Below the pieces are notes generated by a model that saw only the letters and a program-made list of their open reading frames with translations, was not told the DNA's origin and ran no database searches. Made by a program: the position numbers and the translations under genes. A stretch of DNA of 27,652 nt from an uncultured delta proteobacterium (GTDB taxonomy: Bacteria > Myxococcota > B64-G9). Positions 1 through 11,032 of this stretch are shown here, in pieces. The stretch spans positions 1 through 27,652 of the forward strand of contig CAVWHX010000002.1 of the NCBI GenBank assembly GCA_963754925.1, read 5' to 3'. Numbering within the stretch: the first letter of the stretch is position 1; every line of letters starts with the position of its first letter.

Positions 1-1001
1 GCTGACAAGAGGCCACCCGAGACCGCCGAGGTGCAGACCGCGACCAGGAGGTAGCCGACAAACACTAACGCCATGGCCTCGGTTAGCGCTCCGGAGATGG
101 CTCTTTTTCTCCAGGGAACCGAGAGCCAAGGAAAACCCAGCAAAACCAACGCGAATCCCATTAGCGGAATTGCAAACCGGTTATGGAGCGCCAGTACATA
201 CTCGGCGACCGGCAACCCGCGCCGTTGCAACTCCTCGATGTTCGCGGACAGCTCGGCAAGTTTTTTTTGTTGTGGCCTTCCGGAAACCTCCCGAAACCAT
301 TCGGGTCCCTCGGTTAGCGGGATGTTTTTCTTCTCCCACGTTTGCCACTGAATCTGGTTTCCCCGACTGAACTGTCGTTCCTCTACGCCGCTGCCAAGCC
401 AGGAATTCCCTTGCCACTCCATTATGCGAAGATCGGTTCTTTTCTTGACGCGAAATTTCGCATCCATCTCCCAAATGGTCACCGACGTCATGCTTTTTCC
501 GTCTGGACTTTTTTCCTGCACCCGAAAGAGCCTGCCAGCATCTCCTTGGTACCATTGGTGGTTTTAAAAAATCGCCAGGTGCTATCGATTCGACCAAAGC
601 TGCGTATCATCAGGGGTTCCCTTTTATCGAGTGCTGGCGGGATCAACTACTCCTGAACCATAACGGTGGCCGCCATAACGAAGCTCGTGACAACCATAAT
701 GGGTATACAGCCTAACCTGGCTAATGCCCGCCGCCGCCATGGCGCGAAGCTGCTGAGTGCCACCCAGCAGGGCAAACACGATACAGGTATTTCCGACCAA
801 GGCGACCGGGAGCAAGAGGTTGAGCCAGGTTGGCAATCGCAAGATAATCATCAAGAGCACATCGACACCGGAGCCTTTTCCAGCCAACAGGAAATGAGCC
901 AGTTCAAAGAAATCGAGAACCAGCGCCAACAGCATGAGTATGGATAGAACGATTATTAAAATCAGGCTCTGAAGCCCGATAATCATGCGGTCGACAATCA
1001 T
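1..1001 (-). CDS. lptG: LptF/LptG-family LPS export permease (LptG-like), frameshifted, runs off the window start
   Basis: ATG at 1001 overlaps the upstream stop (ATGA). N-terminus MIVDRMII...LALVLDFFE...LRLPTWLNLLLPVA...QLRAMAAAGIS. The C-terminal frame reads ELQRRGLPVAEYVLALHNRFAIPLMGFALVLLGFP. Several frameshifts lie in between. Confidence 0.75.
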
Positions 1002-2091
1002 GCCGGTCTCCGGGCCAGGCTGGTGAGCCGCAACCCCGCAGTGGCGCCCACGAGGAAATCTGGTAGCCAAGCGGCAAAAGCGGGTTGCAGCACGCCGGCT
1101 ACGACCAGGGCGTCGCCAAAGCGCATCAGCAGAAGAACAGGGTGATCATCGTCACCGCCGTTACCAAGGTTCCGCGCCAACCGCGCAACTTACCGGCCGC
1201 GGTCAAGGCGGTGCCCATCAAAGCGAATAAAACCGACGCAAGGGGAAAAGCAAATCGGCGGTGCCACGCGGCAGTCAGGATATTTCTCTCTCGCCGCGTC
1301 AGGCTCCCATCGGTAGCGCCGGCAGCAAGTTCCCGTAACGACAGTTGCTCGACGTCGGGTATAAAGCGCGTCCGCTCTGAAACCAACCGCTCAATGTCCA
1401 TCGAAATATTGCCGGTGTCAAAACGCGCCCGTGAGTATTCCTCGCCGGGCATCGCCTCACCGTGAAGCTCGCCGTTTTTGAGGAGGAAGTTCAAGGCGTT
1501 TCGGTCGCTGCGCGGCGAAATCTCGGCACGCCGCGCCATCAGGGTATGGCAAGAATCCTGCGAGCGGCAGTCAAATACCAGGAATCCGTTCTTCCTTGCC
1601 GTTCGGTTCCATCTGACGAGGGTACAGCACAACATTGGGGATGTCTTCATAGAAGCGCCCGGCTTCAAGCGAAGCAACGGTGTGCCGTCTGGTGAGTTGG
1701 CGACGATTTCTTTGAGAGCAAGATTGGAAGCAGGCGCAATCTGAGAGGCCACGCCGCCTGCCGCAAGCGCGCCCATTACTCCTAAGATGGCTGGAGCGAC
1801 CGATAGTCGAGTGCTCGAAATTCCGGCGCCGAGAAATGCAATAACCTCTCTGTCGGCCGCCATACGCCCGAAAACCTAATAAACACCGGTAAGAACCGCG
1901 ATAGGAATAGTGAAGACGCAGAACCCCGGGGAAACAGCACCGAGACCTGTATCAATCGGTGAGTGAAAAACCGGCGCCAAAGGCCAGTTCGCCTATTTTT
2001 AGCAATTGCACTATCAAAAAAAGGAGGTTGAGTGAAAAGAAGTTAACGGTACGGCCAGAAGATTGGCTAGAATATAGCGGTGAAGTCTCAT
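998..2091 (-). CDS. lptF: LptF/LptG-family permease (LptF-like), frameshifted
   Basis: ATG at 2091 (MRLHRYIL...LFLIVQLLKIGELAFGAG) overlaps the purE stop. Continues as MAADREVIAFLGAGIS and WHRRFAFPLASVLFALMG (ORF 1126-1863) and ends AAWLPDFLV (ORF 998-1180). Tandem with the lptG-like gene. Confidence 0.75.
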
Positions 2092-2587
2092 TCTCGGCGT
2101 TGTAAGGCGGTGTCCTTTTCCTCGACTTTACGGGCTAACTCATCGCGGTAAGCGGCGATGCGCCCGGTCAACTCGTCGTCCTCCACCGCCAGTATGGTCG
2201 CCGCGAGCAACCCGGCATAAAGCTTCCGCTCGGGCCGACGCCAACGGTGGCGACCGGGAAGCCGCGGGGCATCTGGACCGTCGAAAGTAAAGAGTCGGCT
2301 CCGTTGAAGGGGCCCGTCGAGAGCGGCACGCCGATCACCGGCAACAGGGAATGCGCAGCGACTACTCCCGCTAAATGCGCCGCTAAACCGGCGCCAGCCA
2401 CAATGACCCCAAAACCTTGCTGTCGAGCTTCGCGCGCAAGCCAAATGACTTTTTCCGGGGTACGGTGAGCCGAGGCGACGTGCATCTCATATCTCACGTG
2501 CAGCAAGGTTAGCGCTTGGGCAACTTCCTCCATCACCGCAAGGTCGCTGTCAGAACCCATTAATATCAAAACCCGTTTCGCGCTCAT
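2088..2587 (-). CDS. purE: N5-CAIR mutase PurE, one frameshift near 2230
   Basis: Motifs MGSDSD, SAHRTP, AGLAAHLAG, PVIGVP, VQMPRGFPVATV. The C-terminus AGLLAATILAVEDDELTGRIAAYR lies in the adjacent frame (ORF 2088-2444). Confidence 0.93.
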
Positions 2588-2592
2588 ATCAG

Positions 2593-3866
2593 CTACTCCA
2601 ACGCCCGATGGGCTATGTCCCGACGGAACGCCATCCCGGCAAAACTGATGTTTTTCACCGCCTGGTAGGCGCGTTGCTGTGCTTGACGAATATCCGTGCC
2701 TAGGGCAGTGACACCGAGGACCCGTCCCCCATCCGTGAGCACCTGCCCATTCTGCAATCGGGTGCCCGCGTGAAATACTTTGATGTCCGGCAGGCCTTCG
2801 ACTGAATCCAGACCGCTAATGACATTGTTTTTGTCATAGCTGCCCGGGTAACCACCCGCGGCAATCACCACGCACACCGCCGGCCGAGAATCCCACAGCA
2901 ACGGGACGCGATCGAGGGTGCCGTTGGTGCATGCCCGCAAGACCGGGGCAAGATCAGAGCGTAACCGCATAAACAGAGCTTGGCTCTCTGGGTCGCCCAG
3001 GCGCACGTTGAACTCGAGCACGCGCGGTCCATCGGCACCGACCATCAAACCGGCATACAAAAAACCGCGATAGGGACTGCCGGCGGCGGCCATACCGGCG
3101 AGCAACGGACGAAAAACGCGCGTGGTCACCTCCTGCTCCAAGTTGGCGGTCAGCACCGGCGCCGGCGAATAGGCGCCCATGCCGCCGGTGTTTGGACCGC
3201 GATCACCATCTAACGCACGTTTATGATCCTGTGACGACGGCAGTAAACGGATGGTGTGGCCATCGGTCACAGCGATGCACGAAACCTCTTCGCCGCTCTG
3301 CAGCTCTTCTATCAAAATATGCTCGCCGGCTTCTCCAAAGGCGCGCTCATCCATCAACAAGCGAATGGCGCGTTCTGCCTCGGAAGCGTCCTGGCAGATA
3401 AGCAGCCCTTTCCCGCCGCCAGGCCGTCCGCTTTTACCACCCACGGTTGAGGATGCTCACGAACAAAGCGTATGGCCGCGTCGGATTGGTCGAAGACGCG
3501 GCCTGATGCCGTCGGAATGTTATACCGCTGCATCTGCTCCTTGGCAAAGACCTTACTGCCCTCAAGCGCCGCGGCTTGACGATGAGGGCCTACCGTTTCA
3601 ATGGCTTCCTCGGCCAAGCGGTCGGCTATTCCCGATACCAGCGGCCGCTCCGGCCCCACCACCACCAGATCCGGATGGCGCTTCCGAGCTAACCGGATCT
3701 GCCCCTCAAGATCGTCGGCTGCAACAGGCACACAAGTAACCTTGGGCTCGGCCGCCATACCGGCGTTGCCCGGCGCGCAGATAATCGATTCAACCTCATG
3801 GCTTCGAGCCAGCGTCCACGCGAGGGCATGTTCGCGCCCCCCGCCGCCGATTACCTGCAACCGCAT
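2593..3866 (-). CDS. purD: Phosphoribosylamine-glycine ligase PurD, frameshift near 3410
   Basis: GGGGREHAL, PGNAG, VVGPE, LEGSKVFAK and VKADGLAAGKG in ORF 3354-3899. QDHKR, GPNTGGMGAYSP, EFNVRLGDPE, FHAGT and GGRVL in ORF 2593-3444. Confidence 0.95.
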
Positions 3867-3973
3867 GACGTACCTCATTCGCCCCGTGGCGATCGACATA
3901 GGTACCTAACAGTTGCATCAACGCTCGTCAAGGCTTTTACTGGCGTATACTGGAGGACTGGTAACGTTAACGA

Positions 3974-4438
3974 TTAACCGAGGAGATCCTTAAGTTCTGC
4001 TTTTTCACTGAGATCAAGTAGTTTTTGTAAGCCGGTTGCCTCGAGCTGCCGCACGCGTTCGCGGGTTAAGTTCAAAATCTCACCTACTTCCTCGAGCGTC
4101 ATGCCGCCACGCTCGGCTACATCCAAGGCACACGTTTCACTGAGATCCCAGACCTCTTTGTCCGGGAAGTTGAGCTTTATAGAACCCGTTTGAGGATTGA
4201 CGTCCAAGTAGAGGTGGTGTTTACAGGAGACGAACAAGCACGGGCGCCTCCCATTGATGCATTCGCATCGTTTGTGTGGACGCTTTTGTGCAGCCAGTTC
4301 AAGCAACTTAGGATCGACCGGTTCTCGCCGCCGGTCACGGAGCATTTGTTTACGAGCAATGGTTTTTGACCTTCGTCGCCCCTTGCGGCTTTCAGATGCG
4401 TTGGTACCGGTCGAAGTGCCCGCGTGGCTCGCGTTCAT
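3974..4438 (-). CDS. Stand-alone sigma70 region-4 HTH protein with a Cys/His-rich pre-domain
   Basis: C-terminal [21 protein letters not shown] is a sigma70 region 4.2 signature. It is preceded by RCEC...[13 protein letters not shown]...ETCALD. No sigma region 2 is visible. GGAGG RBS upstream. Confidence 0.85.
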   Translation of the reverse strand: MNASHAGTSTGTNASESRKGRRRSKTIARKQMLRDRRREPVDPKLLELAAQKRPHKRCECINGRRPCLFVSCKHHLYLDVNPQTGSIKLNFPDKEVWDLSETCALDVAERGGMTLEEVGEILNLTRERVRQLEATGLQKLLDLSEKAELKDLLG

Positions 4439-4990
4439 AAGAAACCTCCTTGGCTCTTGGAAGGCGGGAGAGTGCCGGCCACCGCCAGCCGACTCCCGAT
4501 TTTTTCTAAACGTGAGAACAAGGCGATGGCATCTTGATGCGTCTTGACCACTTCCTGGTTGAAGGCCTGCATCGATGCCTCTGATTCATCCAGTCGGTTA
4601 ATCCACTGCATCAGGCGGGCGAAAAGCTGCCGGATTGCATCGGACAATCGTTCCAGGTCGTTTTGTAGCGAGATAATTGACTCTCGGATCTCGGCTAGCG
4701 TGCGATCCTCCTGCATCATGCTCTTGATTAAATTGATCGCCCCTCAAGACCGAGGCAGGATAAACTCCGCAGGAACCGCGGTGCTTACCCTTGCGTCCCA
4801 CTCGCCGTGAGGTTGGTAACAACCCCAATTGAACATATTTACGAAAAGTTGCTTCAGATAATTTAAATCCCCACGACTGAAATAAGGTGATAATCTCTAG
4901 CGCCGAAATGCCGTTTGGGTAGCGTTGCTCAAGCTGGCTGAGTTCATCAATGCTGAATAGACTCAATAGTCTTCTTGGTTCAGATGCCAT
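4435..4990 (-). CDS. MerR-like winged-HTH protein with a C-terminal coiled coil, frameshift near 4740-4760
   Basis: [35 protein letters not shown] (ORF 4598-4990) continues as [19 protein letters not shown] plus a heptad-like helix (ORF 4435-4719). Its stop overlaps the next start. Confidence 0.65.
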
Positions 4991-5060
4991 TTATTTCCGG
5001 TAATATGTTGAATGTATTATTTCCAATTCTTCCCCACCCAGGGTGTTGTTCTTATTGCCT

Positions 5061-5093
5061 ATTATATATATTATATTGATTGTATTTTGTCAA
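5061..5093 (-). promoter_or_regulatory. Putative sigma70 promoter for the MerR-like/sigma70-r4/pur cluster
   Basis: The minus strand has a perfect TTGACA (5093-5088), then 17 nt, then AT-rich TATATATAAT. Confidence 0.5.
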
Positions 5094-5201
5094 GTGAAAA
5101 ATTTTCATAGGAGTCTGAAGGACGCCCAGGCAGCTCCGGCTAGCGCAGCGAGCGTTGTCCAGTTCGTTGTCATTCTTCCCCGGTGCGGATATCGTTTGTT
5201 A

Positions 5202-6817
5202 ATGGCAACAGTTGAGCCCTCTGTGACGGTCATGCCTCAAACGCCTTTCTCGCCAAAAAGTCTCTGGTGGGTACCATCGGTTTTTGCATTAACGGTTGGG
5301 TTGGTTCTTGTCGGCCACCACCTTCATGATTCCTATTAAGGCCGATGATATTTGGTGGCATCTCAAAACTGGCGAGTATATTCTGCAAAACCTGCGTATG
5401 CCGGATCAAAATACCTTTAGTTTCACTGCGCCCGCGTATCCGTGGTTGCCGCAGGAGTGGTTGGCGGAGGTAGTTTTCTTCAGCGTCTATCAACTACTTG
5501 GTTCGTATGGCTTAATCGGTTTTGGAGTCCTCCTCAACGGTCTGTGCTGCGCTTTGATCTTTCACCTTACGCGGCGCTCGGGTTGCTCACCCTATCTGTC
5601 GGCGATAGTTACGCTGCTGGCGGTTCTGATGATGCTGAGCAACTTCTCTCTAAGGCCGTATCTCTTTGCCAACATTTTCTTCATCTTGCTGTTATACGCC
5701 ATGGAGCAACCGACCATGGGTGGTCGGATGCGTCCGGTGGTAATGTTCTTGATTTTCTCCGGTTGGGCGAATTTCCACAGCAGTTTCATCACCGGTCTCG
5801 CGCTCATGTTCCTCTATCTCGTTTCGGCGATTGCGTCGCACCTGCACGCAGGCCGAGGCACCATGGCATGATGTTCGGGCAATTGGGCGCGATCTTTTGG
5901 TTGCATCGATAGCGTGTGTGGCTACTCCCAATCATATCTATGGGCTCATTTTCCCCATTTACTATGTGAAGCAAATCTCAATCATCGCTGAGCTTTCTGA
6001 CCAATATGAGCGAGTGGCAATCGGCTGACTTTTCGAGCCCACTCGGTCGGATGATTACCTTCTACCTGATGTTTTGTGGCTTTGCAGTACTCGGCTCGGG
6101 GTTGACACCCAGCCCGGCCCATATTGGGCTTTTGGTCGCATTTTCATTTTTCTCCTATACCAGTATTCGCAATATTCCGCTGCTAGGAATCGCCGCGGCA
6201 CCCTTATTGCTCGGCACCTGCCGGCGACTATCGTCAACACCTTCCAACTCATGAACACCCCTAGCCTTAAGATCGACACCGTGAGACGCTGGTATGCTTC
6301 GTTCAGGGCATCGACCAGCGGGCCCATGATTGGCTGCTGCTCGGGTTATTAGCGGTTGTTGTGTCGGTGACCTTCCTCGTGCCCGACGAGAGCCCTATCA
6401 GTTATCGCTCGTTGACCGGTGTGGCGGAGCTTCGGATCTTCGCCGCAATATTATCCGAAGGACTCATCCGGCAGATCCGCCTCCACGGCGCCGATCACCG
6501 GCTATTTAATTACTTCAGTTGGGGCGGGGCGTTTATTTGGTCTCTATCCCGCGGCTCGAGTTTTCATCGATCAACGCAATGACTGTTACCCGCCGGCGGT
6601 ATTCAACGACTATTTCACGGTTCACGAACTCGAGCCTGGTTGGCAAGCGGTTCTCGATCGCTGGCGGATAGAGTGCATCGCGTATCCCCGTGGAGAACGA
6701 CTCACCGCCGTACTGCTTCAGGACTTGTACGCGAATTGGAAATTAGAATATTTTGGCCATGATGGAGTCCTATTTTCCCGCCTCGCGCAAAATCAGCCTG
6801 CACCCGATGAGCCATAA
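5202..6817 (+). CDS. Polytopic membrane protein, probable GT-C-fold glycosyltransferase-like, multiply frameshifted
   Basis: DDIWWHLKTGEYI...NTFSFTA...WLPQEWLAEVVF, LRPYLF, WANFHSSF, SEWQS, SIRNIP, LFNYFSWGG, VFIDQRND and W..VLDRWRI occur across consecutive + frames. Many hydrophobic segments. Confidence 0.65.
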
Positions 6818-6819
6818 CC

Positions 6820-7535
6820 TCATCGATGGGTCTCGGTTTCGTAGGAATAGGTACCGCCCTTGAGGTTTTGTACGGCGATCGCCATATTCCGTTTGGCTAA
6901 CGTATTGTTTGGATTAATGTCAACACCTTCTGCCATTTGAAAATGGCCATCTCGGGGGTTTTAGAGAGGGCATAGGATAATCCCAGCTTATACAGCGCCT
7001 CTTCGTTGTTGGGATCGAGTTGGCTCGCATGCAGATAACGGGTAATCGCCAAGATAAAATTGTTTTTTTGAAATGCGACGTCACCATCGTTGATGAGGTC
7101 TCGAACCTGCTTTGAACCCGTTGGGGGAAAAACTTCTGGTGCCGGCTCGGGCACTGGGCGGCCTTCGACTCTGGCCAACGCTTGTGCTGCCGCGACGTAG
7201 TCGGGATCAACCTTCAAGGTTTGACGAAACCTGAGAGCGGCGGCTTTGGGATTGCCGTTTACCTCATAGGCGAGCCCGAGCCGATAGAGGGCATCCGGGT
7301 TTCCTGGCTCGGCCTTGACGGCATCGTAGTAAGCCTTCATCGCTTTTATATAGAATTGCTCCTTCATGGCGGCGTCGCCGTCCTTCAAGAGAGCCGTCAC
7401 CTCTCTGCTGGCAGTTGGCGCCCGGGGAGGTGGCAATAGTGAATCGGGCTGCGCTGGAGGATTGTCTTGGGCCCTGGCTTTTAATCCTGTCATCATCACG
7501 GCAGCCGCAGCTAGCGCGATCCAAAACCGGTACAT
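6820..7535 (-). CDS. Secreted TPR-repeat protein, frameshift near 6912
   Basis: Signal peptide ending ARA-Q, Pro-rich linkers, and two TPR blocks (PDALYRLGLAY; EEALYKLGLSY). A one-base shift restores VLDINPNNTLAKRNMAIA, ending at TGA 6820. Confidence 0.8.
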
Positions 7536-7585
7536 GAAGCATCTCCTTTTGAAAAAGCGCGAGGCGGTTTTCTGGACGAGGTGCC

Positions 7586-8536
7586 CTATCGAGAGAGAGC
7601 CTTGCGGATTTCCTCGAGCGTGCCGGCCGAACCAAGTTTCTGGTTTTTGTGGGCGATGAACTTGGCATACTCAGCCATGAAAATCTTTCCCGGATCGCGC
7701 AGGTCGAATTTTTCCGGAGCGTCGCGGAAGAACTCGCGGTGCACGCGTGTCCATACCAACCGGCCATCGGTATCGATGTTGACCTTGGTGACACCGAGAG
7801 GGGCAGCGCGGGCGAACTCATCCTCGTTAACGCCCTTGGCGCCCTTGAGCTTGCCGCCGGATTTGTTGATACGCTCGACCTCTTCCTGCGGTACGGACGA
7901 AGAACCATGCATGACCAGGGGGAACCCAGGCAGACGCTTTTGGATCTCCTCAAGCACATCCAAGCGCAAGGCTTGCGCACCGCTGAATTTGTAAGCGCCG
8001 TGGCTCGTGCCAATCGCCACCGCCAGGCTGTCGCAACCGGTTTTGGTGACAAACTCCTTGGCCTGGTTGGGGTCGGTCAAATGGGCGTTTTTCTCCTCGA
8101 CCTTGACATGTTCTTCGACCCCGCCGAGCTGGCCGAGCTCGGCCTCAACCACGATGCGTTTTGTGTGGGCGGCCTTGACGATTTCTTTGGTGATGCGAAT
8201 GTTTTCCTCGAAGGGATTCGCCGAGGCGTCAATCATGACGCTCGAATAGAAGCCGCTGTTGATGCAGTCGTGGCAGGCCTCCGGATCGCCGTGATCGAGA
8301 TGGACCGCGAAAATAGACTGCGGGTAGATTTCGTCGGCGGCCCGGATGATGGACTCGAGCATGCGTTTGTCGGTGTAGGAACGCGCGCCCTTGGAGATCT
8401 GAATAATGAACGGCGCCTGCGAATCGAGGTTACCGCGGAACAAACCCACGGTCTGTTCTAAATTGTTGATATTGTAAGCACCGATTGCATATTTGCCATA
8501 CGCAAGCTCGAACAGTTTCTTCGTGGTAACGATCAT
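7586..8536 (-). CDS. fba: Class II fructose-1,6-bisphosphate aldolase
   Basis: Motifs AYNINN, VHLDHG, SSVMIDAS, EAELG, AIGTSHGAYK, LVMHGSSS, KVNIDTD. AAGGAGG RBS precedes ATG 8536. The longer ORF-track start only reads through a palindromic repeat. Confidence 0.95.
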   Translation of the reverse strand: MIVTTKKLFELAYGKYAIGAYNINNLEQTVGLFRGNLDSQAPFIIQISKGARSYTDKRMLESIIRAADEIYPQSIFAVHLDHGDPEACHDCINSGFYSSVMIDASANPFEENIRITKEIVKAAHTKRIVVEAELGQLGGVEEHVKVEEKNAHLTDPNQAKEFVTKTGCDSLAVAIGTSHGAYKFSGAQALRLDVLEEIQKRLPGFPLVMHGSSSVPQEEVERINKSGGKLKGAKGVNEDEFARAAPLGVTKVNIDTDGRLVWTRVHREFFRDAPEKFDLRDPGKIFMAEYAKFIAHKNQKLGSAGTLEEIRKALSR

Positions 8537-8587
8537 TATCGGGGCCCTCCTTGGTAATAAATAGGTTGTCCATGTCGGCGCTGACTC

Positions 8588-8653
8588 GTCATTCCCGCGC
8601 AGGCGGGAATCCAGAGGTAACTCAATCTGGATCCCCGCTTTCGCGGGGATGAC
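8588..8653. repeat. REP-like palindromic element of the ATTCCC-N8-GGGAAT (dRS3/RPE-like) type, as an inverted doublet
   Basis: GTCATTCCCGCGCAGGCGGGAATCCAG, a 12-nt spacer, then CTGGATCCCCGCTTTCGCGGGGATGAC. It translates as the recurring VIPAKAGIQ...DSRLRGND pseudo-peptide. Confidence 0.85.
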
Positions 8654-8845
8654 ATCAGATTTGTATTGTGCTACCACGCCACGATGGAAGAATCAACCCC
8701 GAACCATTGCTGCCTCGACGGTAGAGATTTTGGAGTCGATCATTTTTTTGATAGACATCTAGCCGCTCTCTAAGGCACTATGTGTCCTTCGAACGGCCGG
8801 GAGGAGCAGTGGTTCTCGTGCGCTTAATTGATCAGGAGGCAACGA

Positions 8846-10084
8846 ATGTCCGACATACAGCCCTTTTGCGGCATCAGACCGCGTCCTGATCTTGTTTCTC
8901 AGGTAGCGGCGCCGCCCTATGATGTTGTTGATTTTGATGAGGCGCAAGCGTACGTCGCCAATAAACCCTACAGCTTCTTGAGGGTGGAAAAGTCCGAGAT
9001 CGAACTTCCGCGCGGGCTCGATACGGTTGATCCGCGTATTTTCGAGCACGGCCGAAAAAAGTTTCAAGAGTTGGTCGAGCAGGGCCTCTTTGTTCGCGAC
9101 AAAAAACCCTCGTTCTACGTTTATCAATTGCGTATGGGCAAGCACGTCCAGGTTGGTGTCGTGGCGGGGGCATCCGTATCGGAGTATCAAGACAATCGGA
9201 TCAAGAAGCACGAGTTCACCCGCACCGATAAGGAAGACGAGCGCACCCTCCACATTGACGCACTCGGCGCTAACACCGGCCCGGTGTTCTTGACCTACCG
9301 GTCCGTCGCGGCGATTGATGATTTCATCCGCAGGGTGCGTAAGCGCAAGAAGGAATTCGATTTCGTCGCCGATGACGGCGTCGGACACAGCCTGTGGGTT
9401 ATATCCAAGCCCCAGGAAATCGAGAACCTGCGCAACCTATTCGCCGCGGTCCCGGCTTTGTACATCGCCGATGGGCACCACCGTTCAGCGGCCGCCTCGC
9501 GAGTCCAGAAGTTGCGTCGGGAGCGCAACCCCCATCACACCGGCAAAGAAGCGTACAACTTTTTCTTGACGGTGATCTTTCCTCACGACCAGATGAACAT
9601 CATGGAATACAATCGGGTCATCAACGATCTCAACGGGCGCGGCACCGAGGCTTTCATGAAGGCCGTTGCCAACGCTTTCGGTATCGATCGGGCGAGCCAA
9701 CCGAAACCTGAACAGCCGACCACCTTTGGCATGTATCTAGCGGGAACGTGGCATCGGCTGAGGGCCAAACCCGGCACCTTTCCGGCGGATCATCCGGTCG
9801 ACAGCCTGGATGCATCCATTCTCCAAAACAACCTTCTGAGGCCTCTCCTCGGGATCAATGATCCGCGTACTGACCAGCGCATTCGATTTGTTGGCGGAAT
9901 CCGGGGAACGGACGAACTCGAGCGGCGCGCTCAAAAGACCAACGGGGTGGCCTTTGCACTGTACCCGACGGCTATCGAGCAACTGATGACTATCGCGGAT
10001 GCGGGCCTGGTCATGCCGCCGAAGTCGACCTGGTTTGAACCCAAACTGCGCAGCGGAGTGGTGGTGCGCAGTTTAACCGATTGA
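8846..10084 (+). CDS. DUF1015 family protein (ParB/Srx-like DGHHR motif)
   Basis: Motifs VAAPPYDVV, IKKHEFTR, NTGPVFLTY, YIADGHHRSAAA, YNRVI, FVGGIRG, MPPKSTWFEPKLRSG. AGGAGG RBS. Confidence 0.9.
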   Translation: MSDIQPFCGIRPRPDLVSQVAAPPYDVVDFDEAQAYVANKPYSFLRVEKSEIELPRGLDTVDPRIFEHGRKKFQELVEQGLFVRDKKPSFYVYQLRMGKHVQVGVVAGASVSEYQDNRIKKHEFTRTDKEDERTLHIDALGANTGPVFLTYRSVAAIDDFIRRVRKRKKEFDFVADDGVGHSLWVISKPQEIENLRNLFAAVPALYIADGHHRSAAASRVQKLRRERNPHHTGKEAYNFFLTVIFPHDQMNIMEYNRVINDLNGRGTEAFMKAVANAFGIDRASQPKPEQPTTFGMYLAGTWHRLRAKPGTFPADHPVDSLDASILQNNLLRPLLGINDPRTDQRIRFVGGIRGTDELERRAQKTNGVAFALYPTAIEQLMTIADAGLVMPPKSTWFEPKLRSGVVVRSLTD

Positions 10085-10126
10085 AGTCAACGCGCCGACC
10101 GCAGGCGCTTCACAAGGGAGAGAAAC

Positions 10127-11004
10127 ATGTTGATCCTAATCGCAGACTCATTCGACGCGTCGTTACCCGAGCGACTGAAACCGTTCGGCGAGATCGCCAC
10201 GGAAAAGTCGCGGTTGTCCGAAGCCGAGGTGGTGTTAGTACGCAGTAAGACCAAGTGTACCCAAGAATATATCGACTCGGCCCCGAAGCTTAAGCTGATC
10301 ATCCGCGGCGGGGTAGGGTTGGACAACGTCGATGCCCCGTACGCCAAGAAAAAGGGTATTTTGGTCCAAAACACCCCCGAGGCATCGAGCGTGACGGTGG
10401 CCGAGTTGGCGATGGCTCTGATGCTGGCCGTGCCAAACCACATTGTTGAGGCGCACAACAGCATGAAGGAAGGTAAGTGGTTAAGAAAGAACTGGAGCGC
10501 ACCGAACTCTACCGGAAGACGCTCGGCATCATCGGCTTGGGCCGCATCGGCAGCGAGGTGGCCAAGCGCGCTCGAGCCTTTGAAATGAAAGTGATCGCCA
10601 CTGACCCCGTGGTGAAGAAATCGGACCACGCCGAGATGAAGTCACTTGATGAAGTCTTGGCTGCCGCGGACTATCTCTCGTTACACGTGCCTAAGGCCGA
10701 TAGCACCAAAAACCTTATTAATGCCGGGACGATAGCCAAGATGAAGAAAGGGGTGATCATCGTCAACACCGGCCGTGCGGCCTGTGTGGACGAGGCGGCC
10801 ATGGCTGCGGCACTCAACAGCGGACAGGTCGGCTGTTACGCAACCGACGTTTGGAGTAGCGATCCGCCGCCTGCAGACTGCGCATTGCTCAAGGCTCCAC
10901 GGGTGTTGATGGCACCGCACCTGGGCGCATCGAGCAAAGAAAACCTTTTACGTATTGGCGATATTGTAGTAAGGCAAATCAAGGAATTCGCCGGGCGCCG
11001 TTAG
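10127..11004 (+). CDS. serA: D-3-phosphoglycerate dehydrogenase, short form without ACT domain, frameshift near 10490
   Basis: VRSKTK, RGGVGLDNVD and NTPEASSVTVAELA, then in the next frame GIIGLGRIG, LHVP, VNTGRA, TDV and PHLGASSKE. Adjacent to serC. Confidence 0.85.
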
Positions 11005-11032
11005 CGCGCACGAAAGAGAACAGGAGACCGCT

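Noticed and set aside
1..3866. True pseudogenes for purD, purE and lptFG
   Set aside because: Catalytic motifs are intact and only single-base indels are seen, with no other decay.
3974..4438. Functional sigma factor
   Set aside because: Only region 4 is present. No region 2 for core binding and promoter melting is visible.
7649..8461. Long antisense ORFs, also 23554-24273, 14483-15169, 17307-18074 and 8759-9388
   Set aside because: They are shadows of well-supported genes on the opposite strand and carry no recognisable motifs.
8537..8677. 47-aa N-terminal extension of Fba from the ORF track
   Set aside because: It is a translation of the palindromic repeat. A strong RBS precedes ATG 8536.
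10480..10495. Programmed frameshift in serA
   Set aside because: A single missing base in an A-rich run, in a window with many similar indels, is better explained as sequencing error.
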